DNA of 64,000 bases from Octopus vulgaris (Eukaryota): NCBI GenBank assembly GCA_951406725.2, contig OX597819.1:79422001-79486000 (forward strand), given 5' to 3'. This document shows, one piece after another, positions 1-11,703 of this stretch. Under the pieces are notes generated by a model. That model saw only the letters and a list, made by a program, of their open reading frames with translations, was not told the DNA's origin and did no database searches. The position numbers and the translations under genes were made by a program. Each line of letters opens with the position of its first letter. Position 1 is the stretch's first letter.

Positions 1-317
1 ACCTTAGAATAAGTAGAGGCCTCTGTATACCCACACGTACACAAACACGCACACACACACACACATACATACACAAACACGTACATTAAAATACGTACTT
101 CAGTATTCCAATATTATAAACGTTATGTGTATATATCTCACCTCGTCTTTGTGTTTTCTTTAATTTTTCAACCATACGAAATATATACATGTATAAATAT
201 ATTGTATGTAAATTTATATATATTATGAAAAACAATGAAAGTAAGAAGAAAGATTATAAGGCAGGAATGATAAGTTTTAGCAAATATATTAGTTTAACGC
301 TTAAAAAGAAGAGAAAG

Positions 318-357
318 AGTTCTGACGTTTCGGACGATTGCTTTGCATCAGAAGAAC
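318..357 (-). ncRNA. Degenerate minimal type I hammerhead-like motif (probable Penelope-like element terminus)
   Basis: Minus strand reads GTTCT-T-CTGATGC-AAAGCAATCGTCC-GAAAC-GTC-AGAAC. Stem I is GTTCT/AGAAC, the core is CUGAUGC (A9C) and stem II is poor. Confidence 0.4.
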
Positions 358-999
358 GATATAAAAGAAAATTTGTATACAGTCGGAGAGAGTCTTAAGA
401 GTTTAAAGCTGGAAAAATGTAAAATCCAGTGGTTATTTCCAAGGGTAAATTCTAAGTGGGGTGAGCTAACTGGAGAAAGTGGATTTCGTACGTGTGTGTC
501 TATGTGAGTGTTTGTGTGAGTGTTTTTAGCGAGTTAAAGAATCATTGGTAGGGGAAGTATTGAATAAAGAAGTTCATCAAAGTGTGAATGTGTTAAATGC
601 AGTTGTCGTTGAAGCTGAGGGTAGCGCATAGAAGGAAGTTGCAAATGAGTGAAAAAAAAGCGAAATGTATGACTGCGAGTTATTGTTTGTGTAGGTGTGC
701 TTTTTAGTACATGATTGTGTGTACATGTGTGCGTAAGTAAAGCTTTAGTGGCTATGTATGTCAAGGAGACAGGAAGATTAAGAGAACGGTGACGTGTCTA
801 CATGTGTGTATGTGCATGTGTGAGTGTTTGTGTAGGTATACGTGGTAAATGGGACTTTCTAGTTGATGGTTCTACTCCATTTCATCAAGTACACAAATTG
901 CTGGTCATATGAGTGAATATTTTCGTGAATTGATAAACTGTGAATCTGTTTTGGTTACTGCAATGACCAACACTGCCGAACAATGGTCTGTCACCACCT

Positions 1000-2320
1000 T
1001 CTCGGATATAGCATGAACATTAGATAAAATAAGCAAAGCAATAAGGAAATTGGAGATTGGCAAGTCTCCTAGAATCGGTAAAATCTGCACAGAATCTTCA
1101 TGAGCTTATTTGTGACGTCTGGTGTAGCTCACAAAATTGGAAATATGCAACTATGCTTCACCTTCATGAAGGAAATGAAATCCTGATAAAATGTGGCAAT
1201 CATAGATATATTACTGTTCTGTCAGCTGTCAGTAACGCTATGGCCATCATTCTTATTTCTTGACCGAATAAACACCTTGTCATTTCCAGTCTATGGTGTA
1301 CATTCCGTTCTGGTAGAGGAACGATGCGGATATGATTTCCACAGTAAGGCAGATGCCAGAGGTTTGCTATGAGTATAACATTGATCTAATAACACCTTCG
1401 CAACTTTAAATAGGATTTCCCTGTGGAAAATACTTGCTCACTTTGGCTGTCCCAGTAATTTTGTATCCATAATTCAATCGTTTCAGTCATAATGGTAACA
1501 TGTTGGGACTGATTGTAACATTCTTATGCGAAACTCTACGCTTTCCATTGTTTCCGTTCATGCTTTTGCCATCGGTTCCTTTAAAAGATATGTGTGATGT
1601 AACTATTTTTGCTGCTATTGCCCAAGCTTTACTACTCATGGTCTTTTTTTTTGCATAAAACTGTAATCTAATTGCAAATACTGGTGAAAATACGACAATT
1701 TTTATAGATTACACCTCTGTATCGTATTTGAAGCTCAGCTTTATCTTGGAGAATACCACTGTAATGTTCAAATCTGCCCATCAAGCACATACATGAAACC
1801 ATCTATCTTATTTGAAGGGACAGACCAGAAAGTAGAAGGAAAGTGTGTTTACTTGCGCCGCACATTCAGGAGTTCTTGTTTCTTGGATGGTAGAATGTCT
1901 TGTAAACTTTCAGAAGGTAAACGATTTTCTGAAGGCTCTTGAGTCTCGTGTCTGCCTTCATTGAAGATGATAAACGTTGCTGTATATCATGTCCGTGTAC
2001 TGACTTCTCTTCTTTCTTCATGTAAGGCATGGGTTCTTCAGAATAGTTATTTAAAAGTATTTCAGTATTTTCATCAGAGATGCTAAAGGCACATCCCGAA
2101 TCGTAGCTGGTCATCGCAGCTTACTCTGAACGCAAAAATCTTTGTGAAAGCAGAAGTCTTGAACCTTGAGGCAACGACACAGAAGCACATTTACATTGAA
2201 GCGGAGATGAGTGATTCAGGGGGGCCCAGAAGCTTCTCTGTACTAACGCTGAGATAACAACTGCCATTAATCATAACCAGGTCCTAAGAAATGCTTCACT
2301 TATTGGATCACCCTATCACT
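1000..2320 (+). pseudogene. Old, frameshifted RTE-clade (BovB-like) LINE reverse transcriptase relic
   Basis: Motifs occur in order across frames: ISKAIRKLEIGKSP, LHELICDVW..NWKYATM..KCGNHRYITVLS, FRSGRGT.DMISTVRQ, LWKILAHFGCP, KCVYLRRT, KAWVL..FHQRC. Confidence 0.8.
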
Positions 2321-2394
2321 GAGGATTTGCCCTGGCAAAAGCACATCCTTAGATTTGCTACAATCGCATCCTAACCGCTACGTTTCTCTTCAGG

Positions 2395-2532
2395 GCCAGA
2401 AGGTTGTTCAACGTCCATCAATTATCAATATACTATAAAGCTCATGTTAAATCTACAATAGAGTTTTGCTCTCACATCTGCGACGGTGCTGTTACTGCTT
2501 CAAAACATGGGTATCATAGACTGCGTCCAGTC
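2395..2532 (+). pseudogene. Short CR1/L2-group LINE RT C-terminal fragment
   Basis: Translates as YYKAHVKSTIEFCSHICDGA..IIDCVQ, resembling the LYKAxIRPxLEYCSxIW..LDRVQ motif. Confidence 0.55.
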
Positions 2533-2712
2533 TAGGACACACACACATGCACGCACGCACACACAGACACACACACACACAAACACACACATTATAACAA
2601 CACATCTATAATAGAATCAAATGCATTGCAGAAGACGTCAGAAAGCAGAACTGCAGCCGATTTTTGTTGCAGCTGATGTACTAGAGGGTATAGATGGCAA
2701 CAAATAAAACAC

Positions 2713-2752
<40 letters not shown>

Positions 2753-2758
<6 letters not shown>

Positions 2759-3486
2759 AGAAGGCCAGTTTATGGGATTACCCTGGGTTTCCTGTCCATA
2801 AAGGGTTTAGCTTTATGGCGTATCGTTAGACACCAAAACCTGTTGGCCTAAGACGTCTTCAAAATATGGATGGGAAAATAAGGATCTCCCTTTGCCATTG
2901 GATATCGACTTCCGGCTGTGCCACCATCTTGCGGATTCCAAAAAGCTAGCTGGAATTTCCTAAAATGCAAACATGTTTTTGCCCGAAACTCTCTGTTCTG
3001 CAGTTAAGGATGCTTCCTGGTTTGAGCGAATCTTTTAGGATTCTCGCGCGTTCAGCTATGCATAACTTGTAACGCTTCGTCCCGTTGATGTAGAGGCCTG
3101 GGTCTTCGAGGATTTTCCATGAGATCGAGTATGGGATCCCATCGTCCCTTAGTTGCCAGATATCACTGGCTAGCGATATTACGTATCTCCTTTCCGGAAC
3201 TCTGAAGAGGAGCCTATGGCTGGAAAGACGTTGCATGAGAGAGTTTCCAGTACATCCAATGTATTTACGTAGGCGCGTGTTGTCGGCGCTGCACCTGTTG
3301 CTGTTGTTGCTACTGCTGTTGTCGCCGATGATGTTGTTGTTGGAGCTGGGGATGCTGGTTTTGGCGTCGTTGGAGGTGGTGGTGGCGTCGGTAACGTTAG
3401 CACCCATCCGCGTGTTGTCAGTGCTGCACCTGTTGTTGTTGCTGTTGTTGTTACTGTTGCTGCCGTTGTTGTTGCTGCTACCACCG
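2753..3486 (-). mobile_element. Penelope-like retroelement 3' end: GIY-YIG endonuclease C-terminal part plus hammerhead-bearing tail
   Basis: ORF 2946-3797 contains KYIGCTGNSLMQRLSSH..LASDIWQLR..YSISWKILE..KLCIAERARI..ILNCRTE, typical of PLE GIY-YIG domains. The element ends in (TA)n at 2716-2752. Confidence 0.85.
2774..2834 (-). ncRNA. Degenerate type I hammerhead in the Penelope-like tail
   Basis: Minus strand: GGTGT-CTAACGA-..CCATAAAG/CTTTATGG (stem II)..-GAAAC-CCAGG-GTA-ATCCC. The core carries G5A. Confidence 0.6.
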
Positions 3487-3710
3487 ATAGATAGATATTC
3501 AAATAGATAAATAGATAGATAGATATAAATAGATATAGATAGATAGATGTATATATAGATATAGATAGATAGATATAGATAGATAGATATAGATAGATAG
3601 ATATAGATAGATAGATATAGATAGATAGATATAGATAGATAGATATAGATAGATAGATATAGATAGATAGATATAGATAGATAGATAGATATAGATAGAT
3701 ATAGATAGAT

Positions 3711-3783
<73 letters not shown>
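3487..3783. repeat. (GATA)n/(GATAGATATA)n microsatellite
   Basis: Directly visible. Confidence 0.95.
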
Positions 3784-4182
3784 CATAAACGCAACACTTT
3801 TGCACAAAGTTACGAACAGACACTCTCCAGTCCGTGGCCCACATCTGCGCTGTTTCTTCTCCTTTTCTATCGCTGCTACAATGATATCATTTCCTCAGAA
3901 GGGCTGGGTTCATGTTTCTCAACTCAAGCATTCCCATCCTACACGTCTCTCTTTCTCTCATTCCTTTCGTTGCGTATCTCCAAAGGTCATTTGGTAACCA
4001 CAGTGTCCAATCTTTTCTGCTCACAAACCGATTGTCTTACAAAGGCTCACGAGGAATATTAACAGCATCAGTCACACCGGTCTATTAGGGCTCACGAGGG
4101 GAAAAAGTGTGACGTCAAAAGACATAGAAATCTTCTTGACTCTCTGAATGGACAAAGCGGTTCAGAAAGGGATGCGGATTTT

Positions 4183-4322
4183 TAATGAAATGTCCGCGTT
4201 TTCTATACAGAATTTTATGAAAACTGCATATTTTCTATACAGAATTTAATGAAAAGTGTGCATTTTCTATACACAATTTTATGAACAGTGTGCATTTTCT
4301 ATAAGTGAGTTGCATGAAAATT
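4183..4322. repeat. ~31-bp minisatellite, about 4.5 copies
   Basis: Recurring TTTTCTATACAGAATTTTATGAAAA.TG.G.A unit. Confidence 0.75.
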
Positions 4323-4785
4323 AGATATTAGAAAAGGGGGAAGGGATAAGCCTGTTCTGCCAAAAGAGTGGCAGTATATAGTTACGAACGAAGTCATTAT
4401 GTCAGAAAAAATACTGCCAACGTTATGTCCATGACAAAGATTGCGTTACATGCCGTACATGTAGTAAGGGCTTTAAGTATATTAAAGGGCTTAAAATATA
4501 GAGTGTAATATATGTACATAGAAATCTGTACTTCGACACACATGTGTGAAGATACACAGGTATTTAAGGTTAGTGAAAATATATATGAGAAACTGTAGGC
4601 CCTATCGAGCCTTCAGTGAAAGCACAATTATTTTGGTGGACAGTGAAGGACACCCTAGACACGAATGTAGAGCCATTGTACATAAGCACACACACATATG
4701 CTCACGCGCACACACGCACACACACACATACACGCATACAAACTCCATATTTCTTTGTGAAAATATATAATTTTAGATATGTATG

Positions 4786-4817
<32 letters not shown>

Positions 4818-5151
4818 CGCACACATATATATGCATATACACACACGCATGTATATATACACGTATACATACAGATATATGACACCCACTTTACATTTAT
4901 AAATATGAAAATGTATATATATATATATATTTGTATTTGTGTTAGTGTCTCTGCTTATGCATGTTTGTATGTTTGTATGTGTATATTTGTGCAATTAAAC
5001 AACTGATAAGACTAATTCACATTAATCTCTCAAAATTAAGATGACAAACTTGGATGTTTTGCAAAGATATTTGTCACATTATTTACTTTACATTTCTATC
5101 TATGTTAAATCGGTACATACACACATAAGGCACATGTCTCTCTCTCTCTCC

Positions 5152-5340
<189 letters not shown>

Positions 5341-6414
5341 TACGTATATATACACAGTATATATATGAACATATATACATTGCACTCACACATATTATAT
5401 ATAAATATACATACACATATATACACAAAAAACATATATTTGCATACAAACAAACGTATATGTCATATATATACGTTATGTACACATACACATATGCGCA
5501 AGCACACACACATACAGACACTGAGGTGCACATTGTCCTCCTCATGCATACATTCACACACATACACACACATGCACATACATACGCTCGCACACGCGCA
5601 CACACACGCGCTTACACGAAGGCACATGAATGTATGCGATAAGTGTGTCTATGTATATGTTTGTTAGTGTGTATGGTACATATGTGTTTATGTGTAGTTG
5701 TCTGCTTGTGTGAGCAATTAAGATATTGATAAGGATTATAACGCTAATCTCTCACAGTTAACTTGACAAAGTGAAATGTCTAATGAAGATATTAGCAATT
5801 ATTAATGAAGATATTAGCAATGTAATTAAGCGAAGATACATGCAGACTGACAGACTTATAGCTCCTATGATATATTCATATATCTCCATACACACCTGTC
5901 CATATATAGGAATACACTCTGCTTACACGTTCGCATGCGTGTATGTGTGTGTTTGTATGTATGTAAGTGTGAATGTTTGACTATCTGCCTGCTTGTCAGT
6001 ATGTGTGTGTGCGTGTGCGTGCGTGTGTGTGTGTGTATGTGTGTATGTATTTGTGTATATATAGATATGAATATGAATATGTATGCAAGTAGGTATGTCC
6101 ATACTAGAGTATTAATGTCATCATATGCGAATATCTATATATACATACGTATATACATACGTGTATTCATATATATGTATTATGTGTGATATATATGTGT
6201 GTATATACATAATACATACATATATGTTATGCATTATATATATATATATATATATACTTATATATAGATATATGGAGAGTTATAAATGACAAGATATATA
6301 CGTAAATAATGTATGTAAATAGATAGACAGACATGTTTTCATACATAATTCCACGAAATTAATTATTTCTTTTGTACACATACACATATATACATACATA
6401 CACACACACACACG

Positions 6415-6447
<33 letters not shown>

Positions 6448-6531
6448 TCACAAACAAACAAAAAAAAATGATTTCAGAAATACTCAACTTTTAATATATG
6501 ACAGTACAAGGAAAAAAATAACAACAACAAC

Positions 6532-6532
<1 letters not shown>

Positions 6533-6614
<82 letters not shown>

Positions 6615-6632
6615 AAGAAGAAGAAGAAGACG
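6533..6632. repeat. (AAT)n followed by (AGA)n
   Basis: Directly visible. Confidence 0.95.
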
Positions 6633-6916
6633 AAGAATGGCTATTATTATTATTAGTATTACTTTAGTTCCAAAGAAGATTGAGTTTGAAGAAAAATGTT
6701 TAAATGAAATCAATGCAAATTAGAAAGCTTTCCATTAAAATTATATAGTTTTTGTCATGAATAGAGGCGAGCAGAGAAGACAAACAACAATTGAACCACA
6801 AACAAGAAATGAACGATAATCACTGCTATGAAGGAAGTAAATGGTTTCGAGATCAAATTCTACGAGCAGCATTCTTTGACATACTTATGTTACGTAAGCC
6901 CTTCGTTCTCTACATA

Positions 6917-7210
6917 GTAGTGGTCTTCAAACGAGGTTCATATGACCTCAGGTGCTTTATGTAAAATAGTAAATTGGAGATCCATCGTAGTATATTAAGG
7001 GTCCATGAATTTTTTTTTTTTTTTGATTTAGTTGTATTTATTGCAAGAAACTGTTATGTTCCTCTTTCTCTCTAACATGTTAAATAGCTCAATCTATACA
7101 AGTGAGAGTGTGAATAACAAACTAGGAATTCTAAAAGAAGTTTCTATTGAATTAGTTTTTAAACATCGAATGGCTATAGGGATTCACCAGAATAGAATAG
7201 TAATCAAACG
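6917..7210. mobile_element. Degenerate hAT-like non-autonomous element (MITE)
   Basis: Starts TAGTGGTCTTCAAAC (CAGTGGTTCTCAA-like terminus). Internal TTTAAACATCGAATGGCTATAGGG recurs inverted at ~22930-22955. Confidence 0.45.
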
Positions 7211-7224
7211 TTTTTTTTTTTTTT

Positions 7225-7381
7225 CTTGGTTCTCTCTCTATTTTCCTCTCTCAATCCTATTTGTCGAAGAGCGTATGCTCGAAACGTCAAAGACTTTTCC
7301 CTTCTTCCTGAGACCCAAACTAATACACCTGCTTGTTGTTCTTTAACCTGTCTTCGTCTTTTGTTTTCTGTAAATTCGACC
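7225..7381 (+). mobile_element. Penelope-like terminal fragment, family P1, with minimal hammerhead at 7257-7292
   Basis: TTGTCGA-A-GAGC-GTAT-GCTC-GAAAC-GTC-AAAG followed by a conserved tail ending in (TA)n. Near-identical copy at 13450-13626; relatives at 57715-57865 and 31528-31620. Confidence 0.7.
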
Positions 7382-7532
7382 TATATATATATATATATAT
7401 ATATATATAACAATTTAGGAATGACCCTAACAGGTCATTCGTCCACCAGAAAGAGCAGCCATAACTCACACCGCCAAGTAGTAGTAATTCAAAAATTAGG
7501 TGAAAATTCAAAAACATTTACCCTAATTCATC

Positions 7533-7630
7533 TTTTAGACGTTGCAACGTTTCTGTGTCATTAATGATTAAATTAGCTTAATTAAATTAAATTAAGCTAA
7601 TCTACCATAGGTTACACTTCATCAGTAAAA
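7533..7630 (-). ncRNA. Type I hammerhead ribozyme, array copy 1 (intact core)
   Basis: Reverse complement of copies 3 and 4; predicted GUC cleavage at 7538. Confidence 0.85.
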
Positions 7631-8007
7631 AACCTGGGAGAGACAAATATACACGAGGCGTCTGTATCGATGCCTAGGGAATATCTGTCTTAAAATTTTC
7701 AAGACTGACGTATTCGCGCCAAACTTATCAGCAGTAAATATAAACTGCCGATTCAATCTCAGAATTATTCAGAAAATTATCAATTAGTCAATTTAGGGTA
7801 GCAAAAAAATTCAATAGAAATTTATCGCTACCAACGGCCTAGTGGAAAAGAGAAAATAGTCAACGACAAAGTATATAAATATAACAATTTAGGAATGACC
7901 CTAACAGGTCATTCGTCCACCAGAAAAGAGCAGCCATAACTCACACCGCCAAGTAGTAGTAATTCAAAAATTAGGTGAAAATTCAAAAACATTTACCCTA
8001 ATTCATC

Positions 8008-8105
8008 TTTTAGACGTTGCAACGTTTCTGTGTCATTAATGATTAAATTAGCTTAATTAAATTAAATTAAGCTAATCTACCATAGGTTACACTTCATTAG
8101 TAAAA
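8008..8105 (-). ncRNA. Type I hammerhead, array copy 2, core mutant CUAAUGA (G5A)
   Basis: Plus strand reads tcattag at 8094-8100 versus tcatcag in copy 1. Confidence 0.8.
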
Positions 8106-8467
8106 AACCTGGGAGAGACAAATATACACGAGTAGAATTACTACTACTTGGCGGTGTGAGTTATGGCTGCTCTTTCTGGTGGACGAATGACCTGTTAGGG
8201 TCATTCCTAAATTGTTATATTTATATACTTAGTCGTTGACTATTTTCTCTTTTCCACTAGGCCGTTGGTAGCGATAAATTTCTATTGAATTTTTTTGCTA
8301 CCTAAATTGACTAATTGATAATTTTCTGAATAATTCTGAGATTGAATCGGCAGTTTATATTTACTGCTGATAAGTTTGGCGCGAATACGTCAGTCTTGAA
8401 AATTTTAAGACAGATATTCCCTAGGCATCGATACAGACGCCTCGTGTATATTTGTCTCTCCCAGGTT

Positions 8468-8565
8468 TTTTACTGATGAAGTGTAACCTATGGTAGATTA
8501 GCTTAATTTAATTTAATTAAGCTAATTTAATCATTAATGACACAGAAACGTTGCAACGTCTAAAA
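8468..8565 (+). ncRNA. Type I hammerhead ribozyme, array copy 3 (intact core)
   Basis: TTTTA-CTGATGA-[65-nt stem II]-GAAAC-GTTGCAAC-GTC-TAAAA; predicted cleavage after 8560. Confidence 0.88.
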
Positions 8566-8941
8566 GATGAATTAGGGTAAATGTTTTTGAATTTTCACCT
8601 AATTTTTGAATTACTACTACTTGGCGGTGTGAGTTATGGCTGCTCTTTCTGGTGGACGAATGACCTGTTAGGGTCATTCCTAAATTGTTATATTTATATA
8701 CTTAGTCGTTGACTATTTTCTCTTTTCCACTAGGCCGTTGGTAGCGATAAATTTCTATTGAATTTTTTTGCTACCCTAAATTGACTAATTGATAATTTTC
8801 TGAATAATTCTGAGATTGAATCGGCAGTTTATATTTACTGCTGATAAGTTTGGCGCGAATACGTCAGTCTTGAAAATTTTAAGACAGATATTCCCTAGGC
8901 ATCGATACAGACGCCTCGTGTATATTTGTCTCTCCCAGGTT

Positions 8942-9039
8942 TTTTACTGATGAAGTGTAACCTATGGTAGATTAGCTTAATTTAATTTAATTAAGCTAAT
9001 TTAATCATTAATGACACAGAAACGTTGCAACGTCTAAAA
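8942..9039 (+). ncRNA. Type I hammerhead ribozyme, array copy 4 (intact core)
   Basis: Identical to copy 3; predicted cleavage after 9034. Confidence 0.88.
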
Positions 9040-9256
9040 GATGAATTAGGGTAAATGTTTTTGAATTTTCACCTAATTTTTGAATTACTACTACTTGGCG
9101 GTGTGAGTTATGGCTGCTCTTTCTGGTGGACGAATGACCTGTTAGGGTCATTCCTAAATTGTTATATTTATATACTTAGTCGTTGACTATTTTCTCTTTT
9201 CCACTAGGCCGTTGGTAGCGATAAATTTCTATTGAATTTTTTTGCTACCCTAAATT

Positions 9257-9295
<39 letters not shown>

Positions 9296-9341
9296 TATAT
9301 ATATATATGTATATATGTATACATATATATATATGTATATA

Positions 9342-9709
9342 AGGCGCAGGAGTAGCTATGTGGTAAGAAGCTTGCTGCCCATCCACATGGTGGCACCGTC
9401 GGGAAGTGTATTCTACTATAGCCTCGTGCCGACCAATGCCTTCTGAGTGGATTTGGTAGACGGAAACTGAAAGAACCCTGTCGGATATATATGTTTATAT
9501 TTGTATGTGTTTGTCCTCCCCAACATCGCTTGACAACCGATGTTGGTGTGTTTACGACACCGTAACTTGGCGGTTCGGCAAAAGAGGCCGATATAATAAG
9601 TACTAGTCTTACGAAGAATAAGTCCTCGGGTCAATTTGTTCGGCTAAAGGCGGTGCTCCAGCATCGCCGCAGTCAAATGGCTGAAATAAGTAAAAGAATA
9701 AAAGAATAA
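9342..9709 (+). mobile_element. SINE family A (tRNA-derived, octopus-type), diverged copy
   Basis: Head GGCGCAGGAGTAGCTATGTGG; tail GGCGGTGCTCCAGCATCGCCGCAGTCAAATGGCTGAAATAAGTAAAAGA. Confidence 0.85.
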
Positions 9710-9727
9710 CACACACATATATATGTG

Positions 9728-9760
<33 letters not shown>

Positions 9761-9767
9761 GTATATA

Positions 9768-9822
<55 letters not shown>

Positions 9823-9879
9823 GTATGTGTGTGTATGTGTGTGTGTATGTGTGTGTGTGTGTGTATGTGTGTGTGTGTG

Positions 9880-10052
9880 ACCTGGTGTGTATCCCTTCCT
9901 TGGATCTTTCCTTCTATGTTTCTAACGAAGAGCTCCGCTCGAAACATTAAATCCTTCTTTCTTTCCTTTCCTGGGCGTCCAATAACACTATACTTGTTCT
10001 ACATCCACGCATTGTTGTGTCCTCTCTTTGTGTTTTCATGTTTGGATTAACT
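9880..10052 (+). mobile_element. Penelope-like terminal fragment, family P2, with degenerate hammerhead at 9918-9952
   Basis: GTTT-CTAACGA-A-GAGC-TCC-GCTC-GAAAC-ATT-AAAT; homologous to 34560-34765 and 57976-58170. Confidence 0.7.
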
Positions 10053-10347
10053 ACATATATATATATGTATTATGATTTCACTTAGCAATACTAATAACCT
10101 GCTGTTAGAACTCAGTATACACATGCTTCAGAATAGAGCGTTAGGCCAGTAAACAACGTATTATAAAGTTAATTGAATGAAAAAAGAACAGTAATTCTCC
10201 AATCAACTTCATTCGCTTCATTAGCTTCCTGTAAAAGCTATAAGATGATGCACAAGCACCTACTTCACAGTGCAATGTTTCTTAAAGCAGAAACAGCTAT
10301 AAGCTAAAGAAGTATTTATGTATGTATGTATCTATATATTTATATAT

Positions 10348-10403
<56 letters not shown>

Positions 10404-10484
10404 TTATATATATATATATATATATATATACGTATATCTATCTATCTATATGGATATATATATACACACATATATATTCATATG

Positions 10485-10516
<32 letters not shown>

Positions 10517-10659
10517 ATGCATATACATACCTTTCCCACACAAACGCACAAAGACTCGACACGTATATCAAAATAAGTGTTATAAGTAAACCGAAACTAT
10601 TTACAGGTAAATGGAAAGACAGCAAATATGTTTCCAGACATAAGTGCTTAGCAATTTAA

Positions 10660-10849
10660 TTTCTTTCAGATAGAGTTAACGGTTATAGTTTTACAAAAAA
10701 TATACAACAAAGTCACCACACAAGCAGACATATTATATTATTATATAGCAACAAAATGTCTTTCATATATTGATGGCTAATACATTAAACTTGTGGGCAT
10801 ACGTGTGTGTATGTGTGTGTGTGCATATTATATATGCATGTGTGTGTGC

Positions 10850-10912
<63 letters not shown>

Positions 10913-11330
10913 CATATATAGGTATATACCTACACACATATACAAACATATATAAATGTAAATAATGTGTGTGTGTGTGTATATATATCTATATAGTTGC
11001 ATGGAAATAAAAGTGTCTTTCAGAAACTGGTTGTCATAATTGATAGTAGTACAAAATATATTCAAATACTCACCACTTAAGAGGACATAAATAGTTCCAT
11101 AACAACGATTATCTTTCAGGTATTAGCGGTTATAATAGCTAGTACAATATACATTTGCATACTCACCACATTTACAGAGACAAGTAGTTACATAATAATA
11201 CAATACGTTTCAGATATTTGTGGCTATAATAGTTTGCAGTACAAGATGCATTCAGATGCTTATCACCTAACATAGACATACATATTTATATAGTGAAACA
11301 ATATCTTTGAAACAGTAATAGTTGTAATAG
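10660..11330. repeat. Old diverged ~95-bp tandem repeat, interrupted by microsatellite at ~10790-10990
   Basis: Motif TCTTTCAG..GGTTATAATAG..AGTACAA..ATACTCACCAC..AGACA recurs at ~10662, 10759, 11016, 11113, 11207 and 11304. Confidence 0.65.
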
Positions 11331-11614
11331 TTGAATTGAAGTAATACCCTCGTTGGAGCACATATAGCGTCACATTAGTTTTATCTATCTGTAAAGCCCC
11401 ATAATAGTGCCAGTATGCAGGGAAACACACACGCATTTCCTATCATTCACTCGCGCATATACACGGTCCTTGGAGACCGATGTCGTTAAAAGGAAGGAAT
11501 AATGCAAAAGGATAAGATATAACTACAAGCAAACGCACTATCAAACGTATAACCATAATACAGACATATGTATAGGTAGATATATACATACGAACATATA
11601 TACATACACACACA

Positions 11615-11691
<77 letters not shown>

Positions 11692-11703
11692 CTATATATA
11701 TAT

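Larger units (their letters stand above)
7407..9260. mobile_element. ORF-less array of a ~474-bp hammerhead-containing unit in two inverted arms (retrozyme-like / Penelope-mobilised)
   Basis: Left arm 7407-8132 holds ~1.5 units; right arm 8135-9260 holds ~2.4 units in the opposite orientation. Period is 473-475 bp with only a few differences, and both ends are flanked by (TA)n. Confidence 0.9.

Noticed and set aside
8363-8394. Possible second hammerhead inside the 474-bp unit (CTGATAAG..CGAATACGTCAGT)
   Set aside because: Two core defects (G8A, GAAU), almost no stem II, and its 5' side pairs better in the GGCAGT/ACTGCT hairpin.
10221-10307. miRNA-like hairpin containing CAGTGCAAT/CATTGCAC
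   Set aside because: Too many internal loops; the seed resemblance is likely chance.
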